64,000 nt of DNA, taken from positions 178,625 to 242,624 of the forward strand of contig JAKLFP010000004.1 of NCBI GenBank assembly GCA_022711115.1. The letters run 5' to 3'. This document shows, piece by piece, positions 17,975-27,398 of this stretch. The number at the start of each line of letters is the position of its first letter. The first letter of the stretch is position 1. Made by a program: the position numbers and the translations under genes. The notes beneath the pieces were generated by a model. It worked only from the letters and a program-made list of their open reading frames with translations. It made no database searches and was not told where the DNA came from. Source of the DNA: Candidatus Omnitrophota bacterium. GTDB lineage: Bacteria; Omnitrophota; Omnitrophia; Omnitrophales; Aquincolibacteriaceae.

Positions 17975-19576
17975 ATGACCTCGGCTGAAATTGCTTTTAA
18001 GAATGTGATAAAGCAGAATTCCAAAAAGCAGTTAACGCCTCTTGAGCGCTTTTTGTTGCCCAATCCTCAATGGCGCGAGGGGTATGAATGTTTCTTGGCT
18101 CTTTTTGGTAAGCCGATCGGATGGATCGTGCTTTGTGGAGAGCGAACCAAACATCAGGTTATCCGTTTAGATCGTCGTCAGAACTGCCTTTTTTTCTCCC
18201 AATCCGGCGAGCACCAGCGTGAGTGCGAAGCCTTTATTACCAAATTCACGGACCAGCTTGTGCATAATGAAGAAACCTCGGAAAAACTGCCCCTGTGCTA
18301 TCGCTGCGCATTCGGGAAAAGCTGCATTGTGTTTCCTTTGAGGTACTTAGGTGCTTTAAAAGGATTTCTCGTTTTTTGTTGCGTGAAGCGATCTGAGAAA
18401 GAAATTCGTCAGCTGATAGCACCGTTCTATTTTTTTCTTGCAAGCCAGGTGGAACTTGCTTTCAAGAATTTCGAGTTGAATAACTTTTATGAAACCGTAC
18501 ACCCGCGCGCTCTTGCGTTATCAACAATGCATTCCGTTCATCGTGTGATTAGCTCGTCGTTGCGGCTGAAGGAACTTCTTCCTCGCATCGGTCGCTTAAG
18601 CGCACAGATCTTAAAAGCCAATGGATGTTCGATTATGCTGACGGACCCGCAGAGGCAATATTTGGTTCCTTTTTTTTCGTTTGGAACTCATCCCAAATTT
18701 ATTCATAAACAGCGTGTTCGTATTAGCCGTGGGTTTGAAGGGCGCATTGCGGAAACCGGAGAATTTTGCCTGCAGAATCGTTATATCGCCGTGCCTTTTA
18801 TCGAGGATGATGTGGTTGGCGTCATGACTTTGTGGGGAAAGGCCGACGGACAATTTTTCTCACGAACTGATTTGGAAATCCTCAAATCACTTTCCGAACA
18901 GGCGGTGGTTGCGATTAAAAATGCCCAGCTTTTTGAACAGACGGAAGAATTAACGCTAGGCAGTATCAAGACGATTAACGAACTTTTGGAGCGACATTTT
19001 GGCGGTGAGCGGAGCCATTTGGAAGTGGTGGGAGAAGTTGCCGTGGAGGTGGGTAAATGTTTGGAACTTTCCGGGCAGGAATTGGTTCATGTCGAGCGTG
19101 CGATTCTACTTTTAGATACAGGCCAGTTGGCGCTTACGGACAGGACATGGCAAAAAAAGAGCCAATTGACTCAAAAAGAGCTTGAGGAAGTTCGGAGTAT
19201 TCCCATTCGCGGTGCGAATCTTCTTCGATCGATTACTTCTTTAAAGCCAGTCATTCCGATTATCATGCACCGACATGAACGCTATGATGGGAAAGGATAT
19301 CCTCAGGGGTTAAAAGGGGAGGAAATTCCGATTGGCGCGCGCATTGTTTCTGTGGTTGATTCTTTTATGGCGATGATCTCCAAGCGGCACTACAAACAGC
19401 AGCTTTCGGCCAAAGAAGCGCTCGATGAAATTGTGAAATATAAAGGAGCCCAGTTTGACCCACGGGTGGTGGATGCTTTTTTAAAAGTCATGAAGGATCG
19501 GAATCTTCAGGAAAAAGTCATGCGAAGCATCAAAACCGATTCAACCATGACGAATGTTAGAAATGGAGGAAACTAA
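17975..19576 (+). CDS. GAF-domain protein with a C-terminal HD-GYP-like domain carrying a degenerate metal-binding dyad (HD->LD)
   Basis: 533 aa. GAF region around aa 190-320. HD-GYP signature HRHERYDGKGYPQGLKGEEIP is present, but the canonical LHDIGK is replaced by LLDTGQ. Confidence 0.8.
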   Translation: MTSAEIAFKNVIKQNSKKQLTPLERFLLPNPQWREGYECFLALFGKPIGWIVLCGERTKHQVIRLDRRQNCLFFSQSGEHQRECEAFITKFTDQLVHNEETSEKLPLCYRCAFGKSCIVFPLRYLGALKGFLVFCCVKRSEKEIRQLIAPFYFFLASQVELAFKNFELNNFYETVHPRALALSTMHSVHRVISSSLRLKELLPRIGRLSAQILKANGCSIMLTDPQRQYLVPFFSFGTHPKFIHKQRVRISRGFEGRIAETGEFCLQNRYIAVPFIEDDVVGVMTLWGKADGQFFSRTDLEILKSLSEQAVVAIKNAQLFEQTEELTLGSIKTINELLERHFGGERSHLEVVGEVAVEVGKCLELSGQELVHVERAILLLDTGQLALTDRTWQKKSQLTQKELEEVRSIPIRGANLLRSITSLKPVIPIIMHRHERYDGKGYPQGLKGEEIPIGARIVSVVDSFMAMISKRHYKQQLSAKEALDEIVKYKGAQFDPRVVDAFLKVMKDRNLQEKVMRSIKTDSTMTNVRNGGN

Positions 19577-19578
19577 AA

Positions 19579-19770
19579 GTGGCAAAAATAAAGATTGATA
19601 TTAAAAAGCCTCAATACTTGATTGCAAAAGAGACGAAGGAAGCGACGGAAAAGAGAATGAATTATGCAAATAAATTGCCATTCTTCTTCCGGATGTTGTT
19701 AGTTTCTTCTTACCTTCTTTCGTGTATTGCGATTTGGTATGTCTATCAAAAATTTAATATGCCTTCATAG
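19579..19770 (+). CDS. Small hypothetical membrane protein (GTG start)
   Basis: 63 aa. One predicted TM (LLVSSYLLSCIAIWYVY). Starts 2 nt after the upstream stop. Weak evidence. Confidence 0.3.
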   Translation: MAKIKIDIKKPQYLIAKETKEATEKRMNYANKLPFFFRMLLVSSYLLSCIAIWYVYQKFNMPS

Positions 19771-19785
19771 GCCCGACTTATTTCA

Positions 19786-20460
19786 ATGATCGATTCTGGA
19801 TTGTTCCCTATGCCGTGGAGCAGAGTATTTTGGGTGGTTCTCGGGATTTTTTTTTGCGGATGCGCGAGCGATAATGAATCAAGTTTGCTTCCCTTGACTC
19901 GTCAGCAGGGCGCGACGATCGAGAGCCTTCAGACGGAAGTGACGAGGTTGAATCAAGAACTCGAAGATACAGCTGATTCACGAGAAACTCTGGAGTCGAT
20001 CAAGTCCGAGCTTGGAAAGGTGCTTGCGGATGAGATTTTAAAAGAGAAAGTGCTTGTTTTTTCAGAACGGCGAGGGCTTGTCGTGACCGTTTTCGACCAG
20101 GCACTTTTTGATCCTGAAGAAACACGTTTGTTGCCTGCCGGAGAAGAAATTTTGGACAAGCTCTCTAAATTTCTTTCGAGTCAACTTTCTGAAAATAAAA
20201 TTCGTGTAGAAGGTCATACCGATAACCAGCCGGTTGAAGGCAATCAAGGGATCAGTAATTGGGAATATTCTGTAGGGCGCGCTACGGCAGTGCTTCATTA
20301 TTTTTTGAATTTGAAGGGGCTAGCCCCGGAACGTTTCAGCATTTCAGGGTATGGGGAATATGTCCCCCTAGTGACGAATGACACGGCAGAGGGGCGCGCA
20401 CGAAACAGGCGTGTTGAGATTGTAATTTCTCCTTCGAAAATAACGGGGATACGTCATTGA
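19786..20460 (+). CDS. OmpA/MotB-family peptidoglycan-binding lipoprotein with a coiled-coil linker
   Basis: 224 aa. Signal peptide with Cys (FFCGCAS), coiled-coil region, OmpA_C-like domain (TDNQP...NRRVEIVI). Confidence 0.75.
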   Translation: MIDSGLFPMPWSRVFWVVLGIFFCGCASDNESSLLPLTRQQGATIESLQTEVTRLNQELEDTADSRETLESIKSELGKVLADEILKEKVLVFSERRGLVVTVFDQALFDPEETRLLPAGEEILDKLSKFLSSQLSENKIRVEGHTDNQPVEGNQGISNWEYSVGRATAVLHYFLNLKGLAPERFSISGYGEYVPLVTNDTAEGRARNRRVEIVISPSKITGIRH

Positions 20461-20463
20461 ATT

Positions 20464-20955
20464 ATGGAAATGCGTATTAAAGAGTTTTTTAAAAAAATAT
20501 TTTTTTTCATAGTTTTCATTGTTATTTTGAGTGTGCTTTCTTTGGGATTCAATTTTTGGGTTTATACAGAGATTCAAAAGCGGATGAAGGTCCGTATGAT
20601 GGGAACGTATGTTCCGGCCTTATTGACACCTTCCTTTGAGCTGCGGAATGGAAATTTTGTTTGGGAAAGCAAGTTTCAGTTGGTGAAAGGGGATCTTAAG
20701 GTCACTTTTGATCCTTTGACCATGATCACACATCGGGGTATTCGCATTATTGTGACAAATCGAGGTGCCAAAATCCGGTTTCTTGGAGATTGGGCCTTGC
20801 AAGAAGGGATTGAAGATGCCGTGGTTGATTCCCTGAATGCGGACATTCTGTTAGGGCGTCATGGTCTTTCGGGTATTAACGACATCGAAGTGCAGTCGCA
20901 AAGTTTTCAATTTTCTTTAAAAAATGCCGATAAAAAAGTAAGCAAAAAACCCTAG
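20464..20955 (+). CDS. Hypothetical membrane-anchored protein
   Basis: 163 aa. One N-terminal TM. No recognisable domain. Sits immediately upstream of murE, where ftsL/ftsI usually lie. Confidence 0.45.
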   Translation: MEMRIKEFFKKIFFFIVFIVILSVLSLGFNFWVYTEIQKRMKVRMMGTYVPALLTPSFELRNGNFVWESKFQLVKGDLKVTFDPLTMITHRGIRIIVTNRGAKIRFLGDWALQEGIEDAVVDSLNADILLGRHGLSGINDIEVQSQSFQFSLKNADKKVSKKP

Positions 20956-20970
20956 AGGTCTTTTCAATTT

Positions 20971-22461
20971 ATGCGTAAACGGCTTGATGATTTATTTAGA
21001 GGCATTCCTGCCCTTGAGAAATATCATTGGGACCCTAAACGGATTTTCAATAAAATCACTTCTGATTCTCGAGCGATTGAACCAGGGGATATTTTTGTAG
21101 CTTGTCCGGGAACACGTATGGACGGGCATGATTTTCTCGGTCAGGCAATTTATGCAAAAGCATCCGTTGTTGTTTTTGAGAAAGAGCCGGAAGTTACATT
21201 GCCGCCGCATGTGATCGGTGTTCGTGTTCGTGACTCCAGGGCCGCGGTGGCAGGTTTGCTTAATCGTTACTATGATTGTCCGGATCAAAAAATTAAATTG
21301 ATCGGCATGACCGGCACCAATGGGAAAACAACTTCGACTTATCTCTTACATCGTCTTTTGAACGAACGGGTTCCTACGGCTTACCTTGGAACCTTGTGGT
21401 ACGAACTTCCGTCTGGAAAACTTCCATCACTCAATACAACGCCAGGGCCCGAAGTGCTGATTCCTATGCTCCATCAAATGCAGCAGGAAGGTGTTAAGTA
21501 TTGCATTATGGAGGTGTCATCGCATGCCATCAGTCAAAAACGCGTTTATGGTCTGGAATTCGAACTTGGTGTTTTTACACAACTAACGCAGGATCATTTG
21601 GATTATCATCACAGCATGGAGCACTATTTCCAGACGAAGAGAAGTTTTTTTGCCGGGGCACCCGCGCCTCGAAGAATGCTTTTCAATAAAGATTGTATTT
21701 ACGGTAGACGGTTGATCGAGGAATGGCCGACAGCGAGCACCTTCAGCGTTTTAACGGAGGCGGATTATTATGTCAAAAATCTGAAAATGAATTTTCAAGG
21801 AAGCAGTTTTCATATCCGTTATCACGATCAGGAAATGCCCTTCCAGATCCGTTTGCCGATGCGCTATAACGTTGCGAATGCGATGGTGATTTTAAGTGCG
21901 ATTGATATGCTGGGTTTTGATTTAAAAGATTTTCGTGGGGCCTTGCAGGAAATTCCCACAATTCCTGGTCGCATGGAAAGAATTGGAACCGGCCACGATT
22001 TTACGGTTTTTGTGGATTACGCGCATACGCCGGACGCTTTTCAGCAAGTGCTTCATGATGCAAGGCAGATGGAGCCGAAAAAGATTATTACGGTATTTGG
22101 CTGTGGGGGGGATCGTGACCGCGGCAAAAGGCCTCTGATGACCCGTACCGCCTGCTGCTACTCCGATGTGGTGATCCTTACCTCGGATAATCCTCGATCG
22201 GAAGATCCGGAAGATATTTTTCGGGACATGCGGAAAGGACTGCCGCATCCTTTGCCTTCTCCTGGGAGTGTTTTTGAGATCCAGGACAGGCAAGAAGCTA
22301 TTGAGAAAGCTATTTCCCTGGCGAAATCTGGCGATGTAGTTTTTGTGCTTGGAAAAGGCCATGAAGATTATCAGATTCTTGGCGATGGAAAAATCCCTTT
22401 CAGCGATCGCGAAGTTGTTGAAGTTGCTTTAAAAAGACGCAGCCGTGTTTTCTTATCTTGA
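20971..22461 (+). CDS. murE: UDP-N-acetylmuramoyl-L-alanyl-D-glutamate--2,6-diaminopimelate ligase
   Basis: 496 aa. Mur ligase P-loop GMTGTNGKTT. DAP-selecting DRDRGKRPLM-type motif GGDRDRGKR. Confidence 0.9.
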   Translation: MRKRLDDLFRGIPALEKYHWDPKRIFNKITSDSRAIEPGDIFVACPGTRMDGHDFLGQAIYAKASVVVFEKEPEVTLPPHVIGVRVRDSRAAVAGLLNRYYDCPDQKIKLIGMTGTNGKTTSTYLLHRLLNERVPTAYLGTLWYELPSGKLPSLNTTPGPEVLIPMLHQMQQEGVKYCIMEVSSHAISQKRVYGLEFELGVFTQLTQDHLDYHHSMEHYFQTKRSFFAGAPAPRRMLFNKDCIYGRRLIEEWPTASTFSVLTEADYYVKNLKMNFQGSSFHIRYHDQEMPFQIRLPMRYNVANAMVILSAIDMLGFDLKDFRGALQEIPTIPGRMERIGTGHDFTVFVDYAHTPDAFQQVLHDARQMEPKKIITVFGCGGDRDRGKRPLMTRTACCYSDVVILTSDNPRSEDPEDIFRDMRKGLPHPLPSPGSVFEIQDRQEAIEKAISLAKSGDVVFVLGKGHEDYQILGDGKIPFSDREVVEVALKRRSRVFLS

Positions 22462-23845
22462 AGCAAAACGTTTGCTTCGTTGCCCCATTGAATTTTTGAA
22501 CGAGTCACTGACCATCCGCAGTCTGTCCATTGATACCCGCACGCTCTGTCCGGGAGATCTTTTTGTTGCACTACAGGGGGAACGTAGCGATGGGCATGAG
22601 TTTTTAGCTTCCGCGTTCGAAAAAGGCGCTTCGGGCGCTCTTTTGGATATTCGGCGCAAAGATGAACTATTGGCGCATGCTCGAAACAACAAAATGAAAA
22701 TTAAAAATTTGATTTTTGTCCAAGATGCTCAAGCTTCCATGGCATTGCTCGCGACTGAATACCGCAAAAAGCTTAGTGTCAGGGTAATCGGGATTACGGG
22801 GAGCGTGGGGAAGACTACCACAAAGGAATTTCTTTATTACCTTTTGCGCCAGAAATTCAGCACCTTAGCAACGACGGGAAACTTGAACAATCATTTGGGT
22901 GTTCCGATTATGCTTTCGCGTCTTGAAGCTTCGCATGATTTTTGTGTGATGGAAATGGGGGCAAGCCATCTCCAAGAAATCCGCTATCTTGCAGGGCTCG
23001 CGGCTCCCTTGGGGGGTATCTTGACACCTATTGGACCGGCGCATCTTGCCGGATTTGGATCTTTGGAAAACGTTTATGAGGCAAAACTGGAGCTTGTGGA
23101 TTCTTTGCCTCCCAAAGGGCCTCTTGTGGTGCCGGACAATGATGAGCGTTTGCTGCACAAGCTCCAACAAAAAAAAAGGCGAGCTGTGACGGTTGGATTT
23201 TCAGACTGTGCCGAATATAAAATTACCGATGTCCACGCAAAGGATGAAGAAGTTTTTTTTCGGCTATGTGAACGGGGTCCTTTTTCTTTTTCGGGCCAAG
23301 CTCCTTTTCTTGCGCTGAATGCGGGGCTTGCTATTGCCATGGCGCTAAGTCTCGGGTTTTCTTGGGAAGAATTGCCGCTTCAATGGAAGGATGTTGGCTT
23401 TGCATCGGGCAGATTTCGTGAGACAATACTTTCTAATGGAGTCAGGATTATTGACGATAGCTATAATGCGAACCCGGTATCCTTTCAGAATGCACTTTCC
23501 GCATTTCAACTGTTGCCTAGAACGGGAAAAAAAATAATTGTTTTTGCGGATATGCTGGAATTGGGACCGGAAGAAAACCGCTTTCATCAGGAACTTGGTC
23601 AAAGGATAGCGGTCTCAGCCGTTGATATTGCGTTGGCATTCGGGAAGAGAACGCAAATAAGTGTTGAAGCAATTAGGAGCTTGGGTTCTGGTTGCGACGC
23701 GTCACACTTTGAAAGTCCCGAGGAGATTTTGGACGTTTTGAAAAAGGTTTTGAGACCCGGGGACAGGGTGCTTTTTAAGGGGTCGCGTAGCATGCATGTG
23801 GAAAAAATCTTGGAAGGGGTTCGCGCTTTCCCCCTTTTTTTATAA
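22445..23845 (+). CDS. murF: UDP-N-acetylmuramoyl-tripeptide--D-alanyl-D-alanine ligase
   Basis: 466 aa, GTG start overlapping murE. P-loop GITGSVGKTTT. Mur ligase middle and C-terminal domains. Confidence 0.9.
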   Translation: MFSYLEAKRLLRCPIEFLNESLTIRSLSIDTRTLCPGDLFVALQGERSDGHEFLASAFEKGASGALLDIRRKDELLAHARNNKMKIKNLIFVQDAQASMALLATEYRKKLSVRVIGITGSVGKTTTKEFLYYLLRQKFSTLATTGNLNNHLGVPIMLSRLEASHDFCVMEMGASHLQEIRYLAGLAAPLGGILTPIGPAHLAGFGSLENVYEAKLELVDSLPPKGPLVVPDNDERLLHKLQQKKRRAVTVGFSDCAEYKITDVHAKDEEVFFRLCERGPFSFSGQAPFLALNAGLAIAMALSLGFSWEELPLQWKDVGFASGRFRETILSNGVRIIDDSYNANPVSFQNALSAFQLLPRTGKKIIVFADMLELGPEENRFHQELGQRIAVSAVDIALAFGKRTQISVEAIRSLGSGCDASHFESPEEILDVLKKVLRPGDRVLFKGSRSMHVEKILEGVRAFPLFL

Positions 23846-23885
23846 ACCTGTTTTCTTAAAGATCTATATAAAATCATAATAAAAA

Positions 23886-24971
23886 ATGCTTTATTTCTTA
23901 CATCACTTCACAGACTTTTCAATCGTCTTCAATATTTTCCGTTACATCACATTCCGTTCGGCAGGGGCAAGTATCACAGCTTTTTTCCTTTGCCTTTGGC
24001 TTGGACCTCCCTGCATTGCCTGGCTCAAAAAGTTTCGTGCTGTCACGGACCAGGAGCGAGCCTATGCGGAATCCATCCATGAGCATTTCAAGCACAAAAA
24101 AGAAATTCCCATGATGGGTGGGATTTTGATTGTCGCGAGTGTTGTTGCCTCCACACTTCTTTGGGGAAATCTTCAGAACCGTTTTGTTTGGATGATGATC
24201 TTTGTGATGCTCTGGTTTGGATTAGTTGGTTTTTTCGATGATTGGTTAAAGATGCGCTCTAAAAGCTCGAATGGTCTAAGCTCTCTTACGAAAATTCTCG
24301 GGCAAATTCTGATGGGGTTCGCGATAGGCGTCTATCTTTATCTTGATCCTCATTTTGACAAATGGCTCTATATGCCGCTTTTAAAAAAGGGCGTTGTTTA
24401 TCTCGGACTTTTTTTTATTCCCTTTGTTATCCTGGTACTGACCGGGACTTCCAATGCCCTGAATCTGACGGATGGACTTGATGGGCTTGCGATTGGATGC
24501 ACGATGTTTGCAACAACTACCTTTGCGTTAATTACCTATGTGACCGGACACGCGGATTTTGCACAGTATTTAGCTATTCCGTTTGTGCCTGAGGCCGGCG
24601 AAGTGACGGTTTTTTGTGCGGCGCTTGCCGGTGCGAGTGCGGGTTTCCTTTGGTTTAATTCTTACCCTGCCGAAGTTTTTATGGGGGATACAGGATCTCT
24701 TTCGCTGGGCGGGGCCCTAGGAGCTATCGCCGTTTTGACTAAAAAAGAAATTGTCCTTATTATTGTGGGCGGTATTTTTGTCTGGGAAGCCATTTCTGTC
24801 ATTCTGCAGGTGCTAAGCTTCAAGCTTACCAAAAAAAGGATTTTCCTGATGTCTCCTTTCCATCATCACCTTCAAAGGAAAGGTTGGGCAGAATCCAAAA
24901 TTACGGTACGGTTGTGGATTATTGCGTTTGTTTTGGCCATTATCGGTCTCAGTACGTTAAAGGTGCGTTGA
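23886..24971 (+). CDS. mraY: Phospho-N-acetylmuramoyl-pentapeptide transferase
   Basis: 361 aa, 10 TM. NLTDGLDGLA and FMGDTGS motifs. Confidence 0.92.
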   Translation: MLYFLHHFTDFSIVFNIFRYITFRSAGASITAFFLCLWLGPPCIAWLKKFRAVTDQERAYAESIHEHFKHKKEIPMMGGILIVASVVASTLLWGNLQNRFVWMMIFVMLWFGLVGFFDDWLKMRSKSSNGLSSLTKILGQILMGFAIGVYLYLDPHFDKWLYMPLLKKGVVYLGLFFIPFVILVLTGTSNALNLTDGLDGLAIGCTMFATTTFALITYVTGHADFAQYLAIPFVPEAGEVTVFCAALAGASAGFLWFNSYPAEVFMGDTGSLSLGGALGAIAVLTKKEIVLIIVGGIFVWEAISVILQVLSFKLTKKRIFLMSPFHHHLQRKGWAESKITVRLWIIAFVLAIIGLSTLKVR

Positions 24972-24972
24972 T

Positions 24973-26256
24973 ATGCAAAAAGAGAAGGCTCATAAAGTTG
25001 CGGTGCTTGGGCTGCGTGATACGGGTTACTTGAGCGCCCTTTTTCTTCACGAAAAAGGATATCAGGTTTTCGCTTCGGATCTGGCGAATGAGGAAGGAGT
25101 TCTCAAAAATGTTGTCAAGCTCCAGGAAAAAGGGATTGCCGCGGAATGTGGGCAGCATTCCTTTGAAAGAATCCTTGGTGCCGATTGGGCCTTGATTTCT
25201 CCCGGCATTCCGCCGCGATCCCAAGTCTATCAAGCGTTTAAAGCTGCTGGGAAACCGATCTACAGCGAGATAGAAGTTGCCAGTTGGTTTTCCCCTGCAA
25301 AAACGGTTGTGGCAGTGACGGGTTCCTGCGGAAAAACGACGATATCTACCATGATTTCGCGTATGCTTGAAGCAAGCGGCAGAAAAACAGTTCTTTGCGG
25401 GAATATCGGAAATCCTTGGATCGGAGAAATCTCAAGGATGAATCCAGATACGAATGTGGTACTCGAATTGAGTTCGTTCCAGCTGATGCATTGTACCAGT
25501 TTCGCTCCCACCGTCGGACTGCTTCTGAATATCCATCCGAACCATCAGGATTGGCACGCAGATATGGCCGAATACATTCAAGCCAAACTGAACCTGTTCC
25601 GTTTTATGAAATCGGAAAATGTAATGATTTGCCGCAAAAGCGATCAATCGAGATTTTTTCAGATTTTTCCAACCAAAGCTCAGCGCGTTTATTTTGACGC
25701 GGATTCTTCGGTAAACCCGAACGAGGCTGCTTTGTCTTGTGTGGGAGAGGTGCTGGGCTGTCGCCGGGAAGTTGTTCGCCAGGAGTTGCAAAATTTTCAG
25801 GGGCTTGAACACAGGCTTGAAAAATTTAAGATGTGGAATAACATAAGTTTCGTCAACGATTCAAAATCGACGACGCCTGCTTCGCTTCTTTGGGCTCTTG
25901 AAAAATATCCGGATCGACGTGTCGTGCTTATTGCTGGAGGCAAGGCCAAGAGCAAGGATTTCGGAGATCTGAAGCCGATGATTCGACAGAAGGTTAAATG
26001 TGCTGTTTTGATTGGTGAGGCAAGGTCTATGATCAGACAATTTTGGGAAGGTGCGACAAAAATTGAAGAGGCCGTCGATTTCGAAAAAGCTTGCTCCATA
26101 TCCATCGATTGCGCTGTGCCCGGGGATACGGTCTTACTGTCGCCCGCGTGTGCAAGTTTTGATATGTTCAAGAGTTATCAGGATCGAGGCAGGCTTTTCA
26201 AATTAAATATTCAGAAGGGAATTGAGACGCGGCAACAAGCAGAAGTGCATCGTTAA
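24973..26256 (+). CDS. murD: UDP-N-acetylmuramoylalanine--D-glutamate ligase
   Basis: 427 aa. P-loop VTGSCGKTT. Confidence 0.9.
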   Translation: MQKEKAHKVAVLGLRDTGYLSALFLHEKGYQVFASDLANEEGVLKNVVKLQEKGIAAECGQHSFERILGADWALISPGIPPRSQVYQAFKAAGKPIYSEIEVASWFSPAKTVVAVTGSCGKTTISTMISRMLEASGRKTVLCGNIGNPWIGEISRMNPDTNVVLELSSFQLMHCTSFAPTVGLLLNIHPNHQDWHADMAEYIQAKLNLFRFMKSENVMICRKSDQSRFFQIFPTKAQRVYFDADSSVNPNEAALSCVGEVLGCRREVVRQELQNFQGLEHRLEKFKMWNNISFVNDSKSTTPASLLWALEKYPDRRVVLIAGGKAKSKDFGDLKPMIRQKVKCAVLIGEARSMIRQFWEGATKIEEAVDFEKACSISIDCAVPGDTVLLSPACASFDMFKSYQDRGRLFKLNIQKGIETRQQAEVHR

Positions 26257-26297
26257 AACGATGACCGATTGCCAATCTCGAATAAAAAAATACGGCT

Positions 26298-27395
26298 ATG
26301 TCTAAAGAAGCGCGCTTATTATTTATCGTTACTTATCTCCTGGTTGGTCTTGGTGCCGTTATGATCTATAGTTCCAGTGCGGCTCTGGCGCATGACTGGC
26401 ATGGTAATGCGCAGTATTTCCTTATCCGGCAGGTTTTTTTTATTCTCCTTGGAACGGTGGGTTTTTTTGCTGCGGCATCCGCACCTCTTCGATTTTACAA
26501 GAATTTTGCGCGCGCGTTCATGCTACTAGCAATTTTTTTGTTAATAACGGTGTATTTACCCGTCATCGGCCATTCGGCGGGGGGTGCACGCCGTTGGATT
26601 CATATTGGAAGTTTTCAGTTTCAGCCGGTAGAGTTTGCAAAGTTGGCATGTTGTATCTATCTGGCAGACTATTTGGGGCGAAAAATCGCATGGGTTCAAA
26701 AGGGAGGGATACTTGTTTTTTTGCCGCCGATGATTCTTTTTGGGATTGTATGCATCCTGACACTCTTGGAACCGGATCTAGGATCGGTTGCTTTTATTGT
26801 GATGATGACGTCGATCATTTTTTTTGTGGCCGGAATTCAACTGCGATACATTCTGGGAGCGGTCTTGCTATTTCTTCCGGCGCTTTACTTTCTGATCATT
26901 CGCGTGCCTTATCGTTTAAGCCGTCTTGAAGCCTACCTTAATCCCTGGGAAGACCCTCAGGGATCAGGCTTTCAGATTATCCAATCTTTTCTGGCGTTTG
27001 CGTCCGGAGGGTTGCATGGAGTCGGGCTGGGCCAAAGCACGCAGAAGCTTTTCTATTTGCCTTCCAGCCATAACGATTTTATTTTAGCGGTGATCGGCGA
27101 GGAGCTTGGTTTGATCGGGATTGCGGTTGTGATCGTTCTCTATCTTCTTTTTTTTCTGTGCTGCATTCGTATGAGTCAAAAAGCAAATCAGGCATTCGAA
27201 AAACTTCTGATTACTTCACTGATGCTTCTCATTATTCTTCAAACAGTGATTCATATGATGGTGGCCACGGGACTTGTGCCAACCAAGGGATTACCGCTGC
27301 CCTTCATCAGCTATGGCGGCAGTTCCATTGTCGTGAATCTTGTCGCTGTGGGTATCTTGATGGCGGTGGATCGTCGCAAACAGCATAGTGTGTGA
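26298..27395 (+). CDS. ftsW: SEDS-family peptidoglycan glycosyltransferase FtsW
   Basis: 365 aa polytopic membrane protein with FtsW/RodA signatures. Position inside the dcw cluster. Confidence 0.88.
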   Translation: MSKEARLLFIVTYLLVGLGAVMIYSSSAALAHDWHGNAQYFLIRQVFFILLGTVGFFAAASAPLRFYKNFARAFMLLAIFLLITVYLPVIGHSAGGARRWIHIGSFQFQPVEFAKLACCIYLADYLGRKIAWVQKGGILVFLPPMILFGIVCILTLLEPDLGSVAFIVMMTSIIFFVAGIQLRYILGAVLLFLPALYFLIIRVPYRLSRLEAYLNPWEDPQGSGFQIIQSFLAFASGGLHGVGLGQSTQKLFYLPSSHNDFILAVIGEELGLIGIAVVIVLYLLFFLCCIRMSQKANQAFEKLLITSLMLLIILQTVIHMMVATGLVPTKGLPLPFISYGGSSIVVNLVAVGILMAVDRRKQHSV

Positions 27396-27398
27396 GAT

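Noticed and set aside
20464-20955. FtsL-like division protein immediately upstream of murE
   Set aside because: The protein has an N-terminal TM. At 163 aa it is longer than FtsL and lacks the characteristic short coiled-coil/leucine-zipper periplasmic segment. Left as a hypothetical membrane protein.
21922-22362. 146-aa minus-strand ORF
   Set aside because: Antisense to murE with low-complexity, Arg-rich translation. Shadow ORF.
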